Shown here: piece after piece, positions 40,690 to 52,079 of the stretch
How positions within the stretch are numbered: position 1 is the stretch's first letter
Layout of the letters: every line of letters begins with the position of its first letter
NCBI GenBank assembly: GCA_047967505.1
Contig: CM106538.1
Source: Dipteris shenzhenensis
Lineage: Eukaryota
Length of the DNA stretch: 64,000 nt
Strand: one strand, 5' to 3'
Program-made: the position numbers and the translations under genes
The notes under the pieces: model-generated
What the model saw: the letters and a program-made list of their open reading frames with translations, nothing else
The model's database searches: none
Told to the model about the DNA's origin: nothing

Positions 40690-42140
40690 GGGTTGTGCTG
40701 ATGAGACGGAGCTGTCGCTGGAGAGTCACTGATGCTGCTGCTCATTAGTCGATCGTTGCTAGCATGGGAGCTCGCCGCTGCATGTGCTTCATATTGTTGG
40801 CTGCTATAGGATGCCGTTTAGGTGCTGGTAGGAGCCAAGAGCCCGTTTGGAGAAGGTTGCCTAGGTGCTTGAAGGAGGCGGAAAAGTTTTGCTTAGAGAA
40901 GCTGGCTTGGCAAAGGAGCTCTGTGTAGTAGCTAGCAGTGGCCATTGCTAGACTCGTAGTGGAGCTGCAAGAGCCGTCAATTGAGAAAGCTTGCTGGAGG
41001 CTCAGTGGCGTAGGTCGACACAACGGCTATTGGAGTGCTGCGCATGAGTCGATGGTGGCTATTGAAGTTTGCCAGTCGAGGCACTGCGCCATTCTTCGTT
41101 GCTACTCGGGAGTCCATGGATTGATAGAAGCGCTTGTTGGAGAGATGGTTGATGGTGAAGGCAGGGCGGTGCTGGAGACAGTTGCAAGAGGGCTAGCTGT
41201 TGGAGGTCCATCGGGAGTTGATCGTTGCCCGTGCGTGGGCTAGCTGTAAAGATACTTGGAGATAGAGCAGGTGCTGGAGCGAGCTGGAGCGTAGGTAGAG
41301 AGAAGCCACCATGAAGCTTGTGGCTTAGACATTCGGATGGAGATGTAGGTTGACTGTGAACGTCACTACTAGAGTCGCAATGCATGGAGTTGCTACAGGA
41401 GTCTGAGTTGATGAAGGCGACTGGGCTTGCAACAGCAAGTTACAATAGTCCCAACTTCATTGTTGAAGCTTGGCAAAGGGTAGAGAGTAGCAAAAATTCC
41501 TCTCTCTCTTTCTCTCAAAATCAGTAGAGCTTCAAGTGCTCTCTCTCAAACAATAGGATCTCTCTCACAACTCAAGAAGCACTCAAATGAACTCTCTCTT
41601 TTCCAAAATTCTCTCACTCAATGGCTCTCAAAGAAGAGAAACTTTCTCTCTTTTTCACAATAAGCATGTCTCACAAAATGAATTGAAATCCTCACAAAGA
41701 AATCTCAGGAAATGAACGGAAATTTCTTAAGGAATGACGGAAATTTTCTCTCAAATTGATGGATGAAGATCTCTCACCAAAAGTGGACTCTCACAGAGAA
41801 CACTCAAGAGAATCTCAATCTCACAATCTCTCTCACACTCTCAAGAATCACAATGCCTCAGCGGAAGGCAAGGAAGCTCTGATACCATGATAAAATATGA
41901 AGAGGGGAGAGGAGAAGAGTGGAGATGAGGAGAGAGGGCACAGCTAGAGAGCACACCACAAATGACTAACTGTACACTAGATTTAGTTAAAAAAATAGAA
42001 TATATACAAGCCCATTTAGGGTTAGGGTTAGGGGATCTAACCCTTTCCTTTATAGCACTTTATAAAATGCTATGCACATATGATCACGTGATGGTGCTAT
42101 GCACACATGATCAATTGATGTTGAGCGTGAACTCTCAACA
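40690..42140 (-). mobile_element. 5' end of another LTR element (LTR ~41888-42140, PBS, non-coding leader)
   Basis: rc PBS GCTCTGATACCA at 41876-41887 followed by TGATAA...CTCAACA. Confidence 0.65.
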
Positions 42141-42635
42141 CGTTGCTCATCAAATTTTTATGGATTGCTCCATGCAAGTGGTTTAACATATAATTGCACT
42201 AATCTCAGTACACAAGGAGCATCCTTGTTCTCTTACCCCTACATTGTATCTTACATGCAAAATTTTATACGTTTCTCTCTATTCAGCATTTGACTTAGGT
42301 TTACTCTTGACCATGATAATAGGTGGTTGGAACTCACGACACCTGTAGTCCCACGGACACAAAACTCATTATTCTAACATGTACTTTATGTAGTGGATGG
42401 ATGCAGGTAACATGTCCTAACCTTGGAGTATTCTAGAGTTCGTATTGCTAATACATTGTACCTTCAAGTTCTATTCTTGCTTTGCATAAGACTTTGTAAC
42501 CCTGGATACTTTCCTTCAAATACATAACTTACTTGTGATTTCATATAACTATCTCATTAGATTCTAGCGTATTCTGCACATTGTACCCTTTAACCTTTTC
42601 TATGAATTCATGTTTACTAGAACCTGTGTATGGAT

Positions 42636-43207
42636 TTAGTTTGGGATACTTGGTTTGCCACCTGCATGGAAGAGTGATAGAATATCCACCATGATGATTT
42701 CCTCTTCCACAGAAATTCCTTCGATTGCTACCGGATTAATCACCTTGGTCGTACTGCTTCTTGCAGCCATCTTTTTCATAGTGTCCAAACTTATGATAGT
42801 AGTTGCACTGAATGTTTGACACATTGGTGGATGCATTCCCTCGTCCTTGTAATCTTCCTCGATTGGAATGATTTCCTCTTTGCTGATTCTGATGTTGCTG
42901 AGGATGATGCTGATGCTGATTTTAACTTTGATGTTGATTTTGTTGTTGATGATGATCACTTTTCTGGAATGATCTACCTCTGCCTCATCCTCTTCCTCTG
43001 CTTCTATCTGAGGCTAAAAATGCCTGATCATTAGAATGATCTTTGCGTGCATGAATGGCTTGCATCCCGAGTTCTTCACCAAGTAAGACTGAAGGCCTGC
43101 TTCCAGTGTTGGAATTTGCCGTTGGATGGCAATACTCTGGACTAGATTCTTGTATCCCTCTCCTAGTCCATTCAGGATGACTTGAACCATTTCTACGGGG
43201 TTCATAG
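42636..43207 (-). pseudogene. gag: C-terminal part of a Copia gag split by the 43208-56146 insertion
   Basis: MVQVILNGLGEGYKNLV, RGRG tract, decayed knuckle CNYYHKFGHYEKDG; joins 56151-56667 in frame when one TSD copy is removed. Confidence 0.85.
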
Positions 43208-43695
43208 AACACACTATTCAAAATTTTTGGACTTTCTCTCTTGGTTTGGACTTTTTTTTGGAGCGTATCCTCTCCACTCAACTTCACTTAGTGAGCTAAA
43301 AAATTGGGTTTTTTAGAGCACTAAATGGGTCACTTATATATAAATATGGCCTTATTAAGCTAAAAAGTCAAGTGGTGACCTCTAATTTTAAAAAAAATGG
43401 CTCAGTGAAGCTATAATTCCCAAACTCGTGCATGGTGCCCCCATGCAATAACTATAACAATAATAATAGTAGTCTCCTAACTCAAGTTCAATTTTAACAC
43501 TATGAAGTGAAAATATGACACCATATGAAAAGAGTTTGTTGAATTCAACATATAAGTGGTATATAGATACACCATTTTAAGTTGACTAGTGCAGGTGTCA
43601 TTCAAAATGCAATGGATAGTACTTCACAATTAGATATCCATAATATTATGTCTTAACTACAAGTTCATAGTACTTGTAAATGGGGGTTAGCTTTC

Positions 43696-46600
43696 TTGAA
43701 ATCAAGTTTGCCCAAGACAGTTTCCTTCAATGTCATGGAAGACACAATGGAATATTATCAGAAGAAAAAGACTATAACACAAATGGGATCCAAATTGATA
43801 AGAAGCTATAGTAGTAATCAAGAGTATCATAGTGGCATGCTCACAGGTATTGAGGACATTATAGTAACAGATGTTCATGTAGAAAAGGTTTCTTGTGTTG
43901 CAAGTGACTCAAATATACTCACTGGTATAGAAGACTTGTCTTGTGTTGCAAGTGACTCGAACAGGGTCACTGGTATAGAAGACTTGTCATGTGTTGCAAG
44001 TGACTCGAACAGGCTCACTGGTATAGAAGACTTGTCCTGTGTTGCAAGTGACTCGAACAGGCTCACTGGTATAGAAGACTTGTCTTGTGTTGCAAGTGAC
44101 TCAAACATGCTTATTGATATAGAAGACTTGTCTTGTGTTGAGAATAATAAGATGGGACCACAAAGAAAAATACACGCAAAGATCGATGGGATAAGTGATG
44201 CAATAACATGAATTGATGATATTGGTGACAATGATCATGATGTTACCACTTGAACACAAGGCAAAAGGGGCAGAGAATCTGAGACTTGTCATGTTGTTCG
44301 TAATATTGTTGCTAGCATGCCAGAGAATATAGATGGGAGAATCTTGAGTTACGAAGGAGAAACAGTTCAACCACAAAATTCAAGAGGCATTGGCAAAAAA
44401 TTGACATCAATGAACATTTCTACCAGATTGCCATTTCCAAGATATTATAAGGTATCAAATAATTCTCAAGCCCACACAGCATTTGATTATAAAGCTGAAG
44501 ATTTAAGGGAAATGGATTCGAGGTGTGATGGTCTTACAACTAGAAAACGCAAGACACTATTTACAAAAAGAAAGTATGTGAGTGTGAAGAGGCGAAGAAT
44601 CATGGCATCAATTCCATAACCAAAGAAACATGTGATGCTATCCGAGGAGAATATGGAAAGGATGCTTATGCGAGTTTGTTGCAAGAGACTTTGCATTAGA
44701 AAAGATGGGAAAGAAGATTGTGTAGCCATACGCCTTGGTATTTGGAGTAAGGCAGTGCCTAATAGACATAACTATCTTCTTCAAGAGTTTTCATGCTTTC
44801 TTCATCAAGGCACTAATCAAGATTTGAGCACAAGACACTGTAAACCTAGATTGAAACCCATGGTTAATGGGAGACCCATTTGCAATTGAGGATATTAATG
44901 GTTAACTGGACTATCACATGGCACATACTGGACCATCTGGGCAGAGGTGAAAGAAAAAGTTATTCATACAATTCATGGAAATACCTACAAGCTTAAATGC
45001 CATGGGAGCACTATAAATGCAACCGCAACATTAAAGCAAGTTCTCGAAGACCGTGCATTACCGTAGACTCATCTTCAACAAACAATGCTAGATGGATGTG
45101 TCGAATGCCAACAACATCTTCCTTTGGGAATGACAAAGAAGGTCGTCCTAGAAACTGTCAATAAAACTTTACAAGAAAGAGATGAGAGCATGATTTCACG
45201 ATCAACCTTGTACAAAATTTGGCATAGATATTTTTGCCATGTCAAGACACCATCAAAGCAAAGGATGTCAAAATGTAAGACATGTGATGAATTAAAAAAT
45301 GCCATTGAACATAGTAAATGTGAGCAGTAGTGAGGAAGATATATTAAATGGCAATCAATCCATTTACGTCATGTGCAAGATGCTCGAAAGTTGTATGCTT
45401 CTTGGAGAGAGGAAGCTATTTCACATGTCGATAAGTCCATGTGCATTACCATTGATGGCATGGACTAGAATACAACCACTTTGCCACGATATAGACGTAT
45501 CCCACCGGCATTGGAGGGCAAACGTGGACTAAAAACACACTTGTGTGGAGTATTAGTACATGGATATCGAATCTTTTGTGATGTATGGATTGATAGTTTG
45601 CATGACCATGATAGTAACCAGGTTGTTACATCAATCATGAAAGCAATAAGAAAGGTTAGAGATGCTCACAAATGTTTGCCTAACGCATTGCGAATACAAG
45701 CTGATAATTGTTGGAGAGAGAACAAGAATAAATATATATTTGCTTTATGCTCTATGCTGGTTGGTTTGAAAATATTTGAAGAAGTGGAAGTTGGCTTTCT
45801 TCTTGTCAGCCATACAAATGAAGACATAGATCAAATCTTCAGTGTTATCTCTAGTGAGTTGAAGGCAATGGATGTTTTGACAATGGAGGATATGCTATTT
45901 CGAATTGGGAAAAAAATTGGAGGTTCTCGCAAGGAAGAATCAGAAGTGGCTATCTTAGAGAGGATGGTAGATTGGAGAGCATTCATAGAGCCACATTTAC
46001 AAACAGGAGATGATGCCCTAATAGGACACACAAATCCACACTACTTTCCGTTTCACATGCATAACAATATTCCAGTGATGCAATGGAAGCACTACTCAGT
46101 AGATGGAGATCATTTATGGAGTGAGTCATATGCTTTATTACAACGAATAATTCCATTGGAGAAACTAGATTTATTCTTGCAAAAAACAAATCACTTGACA
46201 TAGATGAAATGAAAGGCTTGAAAGCCTTCATTAAACATCGTCAAAGTATGATGTAGAAATATCTTGAGCAATCAACTAAGAATTTGGAGACAATTAAATC
46301 AACTGAAGCACTTATCCAATCTTTAGAAAGACAAGAAAACTTAATGAGCATTGAATACTGTGAATCCTTTTGGCCGGAACAAGCTAGGTCACCAAGTTTT
46401 CCTTTGGATATAAATATGTTAGTAGATATGGAGGAAGCAGAGGAATGCCTTTTACCTCGAAAATATTGTGGCAGGAAGGGAGACAAACCCTTACCAGAGT
46501 TTATACCATCTAATGAGATTGAAGAGGGTCTATTTGTTGCAGTTTGGGCATCTGATCCAGGTTCAGAGTTGGATGACCAAGGTGACCCAATTTGGGTTGC

Positions 46601-46961
46601 AAAGGTTGCTAAGATAGAAAGGGATGACAAGGGAACTCCTATAACATTTACAGCTTTATGGTATGAACCAAAGCCATTTAAAAATCTCCCGAGAAGATAT
46701 ACAATAAAACAACTCTATGAGGGATGCTTGCAAAAGAAACGTGAATGGGTTCCAAATAATGAGGGATTAACAGAGGTGGAAGTCAGTAGCATTATTCATT
46801 GCTGGAAATCGAGGACACGAAGTTTTAAAAAGAAGCATGAATACAATGTTGAAAAATGTATCACAATCCCTGATCCAAGTCGTGTTCATATTAAACATCA
46901 TTTGGCAAGACTTGACCCATCAAGCGCAAATACATTACATGAATCTGATGACTCTGAATGA
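43696..46961 (+). pseudogene. Sola-type (DUF7869-like) DDD transposase with stops and frameshifts
   Basis: SKCKTCDELK, ITIDGMD-stop (45451-45468), HLCGVLVHG, IQADNCWRENKN, FLLVSHTNEDIDQIFS; C-terminal extension 46284-46961. N-terminal extent uncertain. Confidence 0.85.
43891..44139 (+). repeat. 48-bp in-frame tandem repeat (~5 units; TGIEDLSCVASDSNRL)
   Basis: Units start at 43921, 43969, 44017 and 44065, with partial copies on both sides. Confidence 0.95.
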
Positions 46962-47086
46962 GATTCAGATGCATAAGATAATGTTTTGTATGCTTTTTTC
47001 CATACAAACAGTGTATCTATACACCACCAATAAGACAATTTATTGTATGGTTTGTTTTTCAAAAAAAGGGTGCATCTATACACCAC

Positions 47087-47533
47087 TTATATATTGAATT
47101 CAACAAACTCTTTTTTTTCAATTATCTCCATTATACAGAGAAAACTCTGAGCATAGCCCTTAAAGTTGCCAATTGCTAAAACTTCTCCGGAGTAAGATAA
47201 CATCTCTACTTTTTCTCCCTCAAAATAAGTTTTCTTGATATCTTGAAAGTATATCTTTGGAACAATTTCGTCTTGGTCCCAGAGTGTTTTGTGTGCTTGC
47301 ATATCAAATATGTCACACTGTAAGATATCTCCCAATGTTTCAAAGTCTCCATATGGATATTTTAAATGTACTTCAGGATTTACAACGTTGGTGATTATCA
47401 CTACACATCTTCTCTCACCACAGCGTTGGAAATGACACACATTCATAGGATCAAGACTATGAATTCATCTAAAAGCCACCATTTCATTCTTCTTATATAA
47501 TACCACATCCATACCCTCTGTTAGGGTGAATAC
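47087..47533 (-). pseudogene. Small antisense gene with a Tnp1/En-Spm (Transposase_23/DUF8039)-like domain
   Basis: After an AG acceptor: VVLYKKNEMVAF.*IHSLDPMNVCHF..CGE..CVVII..V..PEVHLKYP...FETLGD....TLW, then the start of a second similar unit (KVEMLSYSGEVLAIG). Confidence 0.5.
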
Positions 47534-47639
47534 CTGTTTTATGTACAAAAATACATTAGCAACTCGAAATGAACATAATAAATAATCATTGAGCTTATTA
47601 TTACTTAATAACTTCTATATCAAAACTAGCAGAGAAGGC

Positions 47640-47905
47640 ATTAAACCTAAACCCTACATCCTAAACTTTAAATAATTAATACCAAAACATCTTAACCACC
47701 ATAAATCCTAAACTTTAAACATTTAATTCCTAAACCCTAAATCCTAAACTCCTAAGGTTTAGGATTGAAAATTAGGTTTTAGAATTTAAGTTATAGGGGT
47801 TAGGGTTAAAGGTTTAGGGATTATAACTGCTATATAAGTTTAAGAGCTTAGATTATATAACCTAAGATTTAGGGAACTTTAGGATTTAAGATTTAGGGTG
47901 TAAGA
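47640..47905. repeat. Degenerate plant telomere-like repeats, C-strand block followed by G-strand block
   Basis: CCTAAACCCTAAATCCTAAA up to ~47755, then GTTTAGG/TTAGGGTT/TTTAGGG. Confidence 0.8.
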
Positions 47906-48004
47906 TTTAAGATATATAGACTATATAAAATATGCATTCTAAAGTATTTAGTTTAGATATATATAGACTATATGTTATATGCTTTCCAAAGTGTTTTGTT
48001 TATA

Positions 48005-48230
48005 GGTATGATCCATTGCAAAGGCTTTACTTTAAGTAAGTATAAGTCTACCTAGTCAAAGTATCCTACTGATTAGGGATAAGCACATAGGCTAAAAGCA
48101 CACCGATTCATATTTTCTTACATTCATGCTGCATGGTGTATCAGAAGGTATGATCCTTTGCAAATGCTTTACTTTAAGTAGTTATGAGTCTACCTAGTCA
48201 AACTATCCTACTGATTAGGGACAAGCCCAT
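48005..48230 (+). repeat. ~85-bp direct duplication, ~140 bp apart
   Basis: GGTATGATCC.TTGCAAA.GCTTTACTTTAAGTA...CCTACTGATTAGGGA at 48005 and ~48147. Confidence 0.8.
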
Positions 48231-48869
48231 ATCATGGATACCATGGATATCTGGTGGTTGCTAAAGTAAAAAAATGATATGGATGCAATGATACTATAGT
48301 CTTCTAGATTTTATGGTTTTAAATACCTACCTTACAGATACATTATCTAATTTTTCATTCTTTGACTAACTAACAAGTATTATACACATGGAATAAAAGC
48401 ATACATGCTAAAAGTAAGTGTGTAAAATTTAATATTTTCTTATTTTTTAAATTAATTCAATTCTCTTATTGACTACTTTAAAAATTGAAAGATTATTAGT
48501 ATATAATCTACATAATTTTAAATGTTATTAATGTATAATATTAATTATTTATATATTTATTTAAATTTATATAATAATTAATTTATATTTATATTAGTTT
48601 TTAAGTTAATAATGTATAGAATAGCAATATATTCACTAATTCTTCATTGTTTTAAGAGTAAGTATTATATAAAGCACATATGCTAGAAGACCTCCCTTTC
48701 AAGTTATATTTTTTAAATTAATGTATTTATATATTTATTTATATAATATTTATATTAATTTATAGATTAATAATATATATTTTTATCAAAATTATATTTT
48801 AACAATAGTTAATAAAAATTTATTATATTATGGAGTAAAAATATTATAAATGGATTTCTTATATTAATA

Positions 48870-49500
48870 AAGTGTCGTGAGAAGAGTTTTTTGGAAAGAT
48901 TTATGATTAAATTTTATTTTGAAGTTGTTGCGTACGCAATAGGTAGGGACGTTTGAGTCGTAGGGACGTTTGAGTGGTTTTGAGGTTGAGAGAGAAATTT
49001 GTAATAAAGTGTCATGAGAAGAGTTTTTTGGAGAGATTTATGATTAATTTTTGTCTTGAAGTTGTTGCGTACGCAATAGGTAGGGAGGTTTGAGTGGTTT
49101 TGAGGTTGAGAGAGAAATGTGTAATAGATTGTTTTTTTTAAAAGGAGTTTTTTGGAGAGATTTATGATTAAATTTTGTTTTGAAGTTATTGCGTACGCAA
49201 TAGGTAGGGAGGTTCGAGTGGTTTTGAGGTTGAGAGAGAAATTTGTAATAGATTGTTTTTTTTTGTTGATGAGTTTTTTTGAGAGATTTATGATTAAATT
49301 TTGTTTCGAAGTTGTTGCGTACGCAATAGGTAGGGTTTGAGTGGTTTTGAGGTTGAGAGAGAAATTTGTAATAGATTGTTTTTTTTTTTTGGAGGAGTTT
49401 TTTGGAGAGATTTATGATTAAATTTTGTTTTGAAGTTGTTGCGTACGCAATAGGTAGGGAGGTTTGAGTGGTTTTGAGGTTGAGAGAGAAATTTGTAATA
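48870..49500 (+). repeat. Tandem satellite, five ~125-bp units, each containing the palindrome TTGCGTACGCAA
   Basis: GAGAGATTTATGATTAAATTTTG...GTTGTTGCGTACGCAATAGGTAGGG...GAGAGAGAAATTTGTAATA repeated five times. Confidence 0.95.
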
Positions 49501-49929
49501 GAATAAGTAAGGAGAGAAATTTCTGAAAATAGGTTGTGAGAGTTTGAGGTAAAGAGGAAAATTTATGGGAAAAAAGATTTAATGCAAAAATGGTTTTCTA
49601 AGTTGTTGCGTACACACAAGTTTTTGAGAAAAGGATCGGATTTGAAAAAAAAATCGAATTTATAAAAACTTGATTCTTAGAAGTTCTTGCGTACGCAATA
49701 GGTTAGAAATGAACTCCTCTTGCAACATTTTGAAAATTTTTGAGAATCCTGCAATAGGTTGATGAGAGGAGAGAAGCGTGGAGTGTAAACGAATGATCTT
49801 TGAATGAAAGAGAGAATGAAGAATGTTCTACTTATAGTGAACCTAAAAGAACTAAAAAAACCTTAAAAACTAAAAAAAGCTGACTTGACCTAAAAGCTAC
49901 CCATTTCCTATAAAACTCTACTTCTCCTC

Positions 49930-51850
49930 ATTCTCTCTCACAACTCTCCTCATTCTCTCTCACAACTTTCCTGGAGCTCCACCACCTCTCCACCCAGGTA
50001 CTCCCTCCCTCCCTCCCTCTCGTCCCTCTCATCCCCTCTTCTCCTGCTTCCTCTCTCCCCTCCCTTCCCCTCTCCTCCCTCCCCTCCCTTGCCCTCCCCT
50101 CCCCCTCCCTTCCCCTCTCCTTCCCCTTCTTCTCCTGCTTCCTCTCTCCCCCTCCCTTCCCCTCTCCTCCTGCTTCTCCCCTCCCTCCTCCGGCTTCCTC
50201 TCCTCCCCTCCCTTCCCCTCTCCCCTTCCCCTCTCCCCTCTCCTCCCTGCCTTCCCTTCCCCTCCTCTCCCTCCCCACTGGCCCTTCCCCCTCCCTTCCT
50301 CTCCCTACGCCTCCCTGCAGGCCCCTCCCTTCCCCCCCCTCCCCACAGCCCCTCCCCCTCCCCCACTGTCCCTCCCTTCCCCCCCCTCCCTCGCCCTCGC
50401 CCGACACCCGTCCCCTTCCCCGGCCCCCCCTCCCCCACCCCACCCTGCCCCCTTCCCCTCCCCTGCCACGCCCCGCCCCCTTCCCCTCCCCCGCGCCCCC
50501 CCTCCCCCTCCCCCTCCCCCTTCCCCCCCTCCCCGTCGAGCCGACAGGGAGGGGGGGGGAGGGGAGGGGGCGAGGGCGAGGCAAGGGTGAGGGGAGGGGG
50601 AGGGGGAGGGGCGGGGGAGGGGAGGGGCAGCAGTAGGGGAAGGGGAGGGGGCGAGGGCAGGGGAAGGGGAGGGGGCGGGGGCAGGGTGGGGGCGAGGGGA
50701 GGGGGAGGGGGCAGGGTGGGGGCAGGGGGCGGGGCAGGGGAGGATCCCCCCCCCACCTGTTGCATGCACAACAGGGGGCCCCCCCTCCCCGTTAGCTCGA
50801 CGGGGAGGGGGGGGAGGGGAGGGGCACGGGGGCGGGGCGGGGGCGGGGGAGGGGAGGGGAGGGGCAGCGGCAAGGGAAGGGGGCAGGGGAAGGGGAAGGG
50901 GAGGGGGCGGGGGCGGGGTGAGGGCAAGGGGAGGGGGAGGGGAGATGGGTGGGGGGATCCCCCCCACCTGTTGCGTGCGCAACAGGGGGGCCCCCCTCCC
51001 CCTCCCCGCCCCGCCCCGCCCCCTCCTACTCCCCGCACCCTCCCCCTCTCCCCACCCCTTTCCCTCCCCCGTGCCCCTCCCCTGCAGCCCTCGCCCTACC
51101 CCCCCTCCCCCACCCCCTTCCCCCCCCTCCCTGTCGAGAGGGGCAGGGAGAGGGGGCGGGGGCGGCGGCGAGGGGAGGGGGAGGGGGCGGGGTGGGGGAG
51201 GGGAGGGGGAGGGGGGGGGCCCCCCCTCCCCCTCCCCTTCCCCCCCCGCCCCCTCCCACTCCCCACGCCCTCCCCCTCCCCCCACCCCTTTCCCTCCCTC
51301 TCACCCCGGGGGAGGGGGAGTCGGCGGGGAGGGGGGGGAGGGGAGGGGGAGAGGAGGTGGGGAGGGGGGCCCTCCCCACTTGCAACAGGGGGGAGGGCGA
51401 GGGGCACGGGGAGGTGGAAGGGAGGGGGGTCAAGGGCATGGGGGAGGGGGAGCGGCCGGGGTGGGGGGTTAACCCCCCCACCCACCTGTTGCGCATGCAA
51501 CAGGTGGGGGGACCCCCAATTGGAGGGGGGGGGGCGAGGGCGCGGGAGGGTAAGGGGCGGGGAAGGCGGGAGGGGGAAGGGAGGGGAGGGGGGTTAAGGG
51601 GGAAATTCCCCCCACCCACTTGTTGCACACGCAACAGGGGGAGGCGCGGGAGCGAGAGGGGAAGGGGCGAGGGCAGGGAGGTTGGGGGAGGGGAGGGGAG
51701 GTTGGGGGTTGGGAAGGGGAGGGGCAGGGGAAGGGGCGGGGACGAGGGAGGGGAGGGGGGTTAACCCCCCACTTGTTGCGCACACAACAGGGGGAAGGGG
51801 GGCGGGGAGGGGAGGGGAAGGGGAGGGGCGCAAGGAAGGGGAAAAAGAGT
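49930..51850. repeat. Extremely GC-rich tract of alternating C-run and G-run blocks with repeated hairpin motif CCCACYTGTTGC....GCAACAGG
   Basis: Purine/pyrimidine asymmetry switches strand repeatedly; motif at 50758, 50969, 51487, 51621 and 51774. Confidence 0.9.
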
Positions 51851-52079
51851 TAAAATAAATAAAACTTTAAAAAATTAAATTAAATTTTAAATATAAAAAC
51901 AAACTAATTAATTAAAATAAAATAATTAAAAAAGAAAAAAATAAATTATTTTATTTTATTTTAAAAATTAAAAATAAATAAAACTTAAAATAATATTTAA
52001 TTAAAATTTTATTTAATATTTTGAGTTTGAAATTCATTGTAATTCTCATTTTTTATTTTTGATTGTTTTTCAGAAAACT

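Noticed and set aside
47640-47905. Ancient telomere-telomere fusion site
   Set aside because: Polarity is opposite to a fusion, and the tract lies inside a TIR-bounded transposon.
48870-49500. CRISPR-like array of palindromic repeats
   Set aside because: The sequences between palindromes are themselves repeats rather than unique spacers; eukaryotic context; no cas genes.
49928-51853. Long Pro/Gly-rich ORFs (up to 502 aa) resembling extensins or formins
   Set aside because: Open in multiple frames on both strands because G/C runs lack stop codons. The same applies to 36534-37346.
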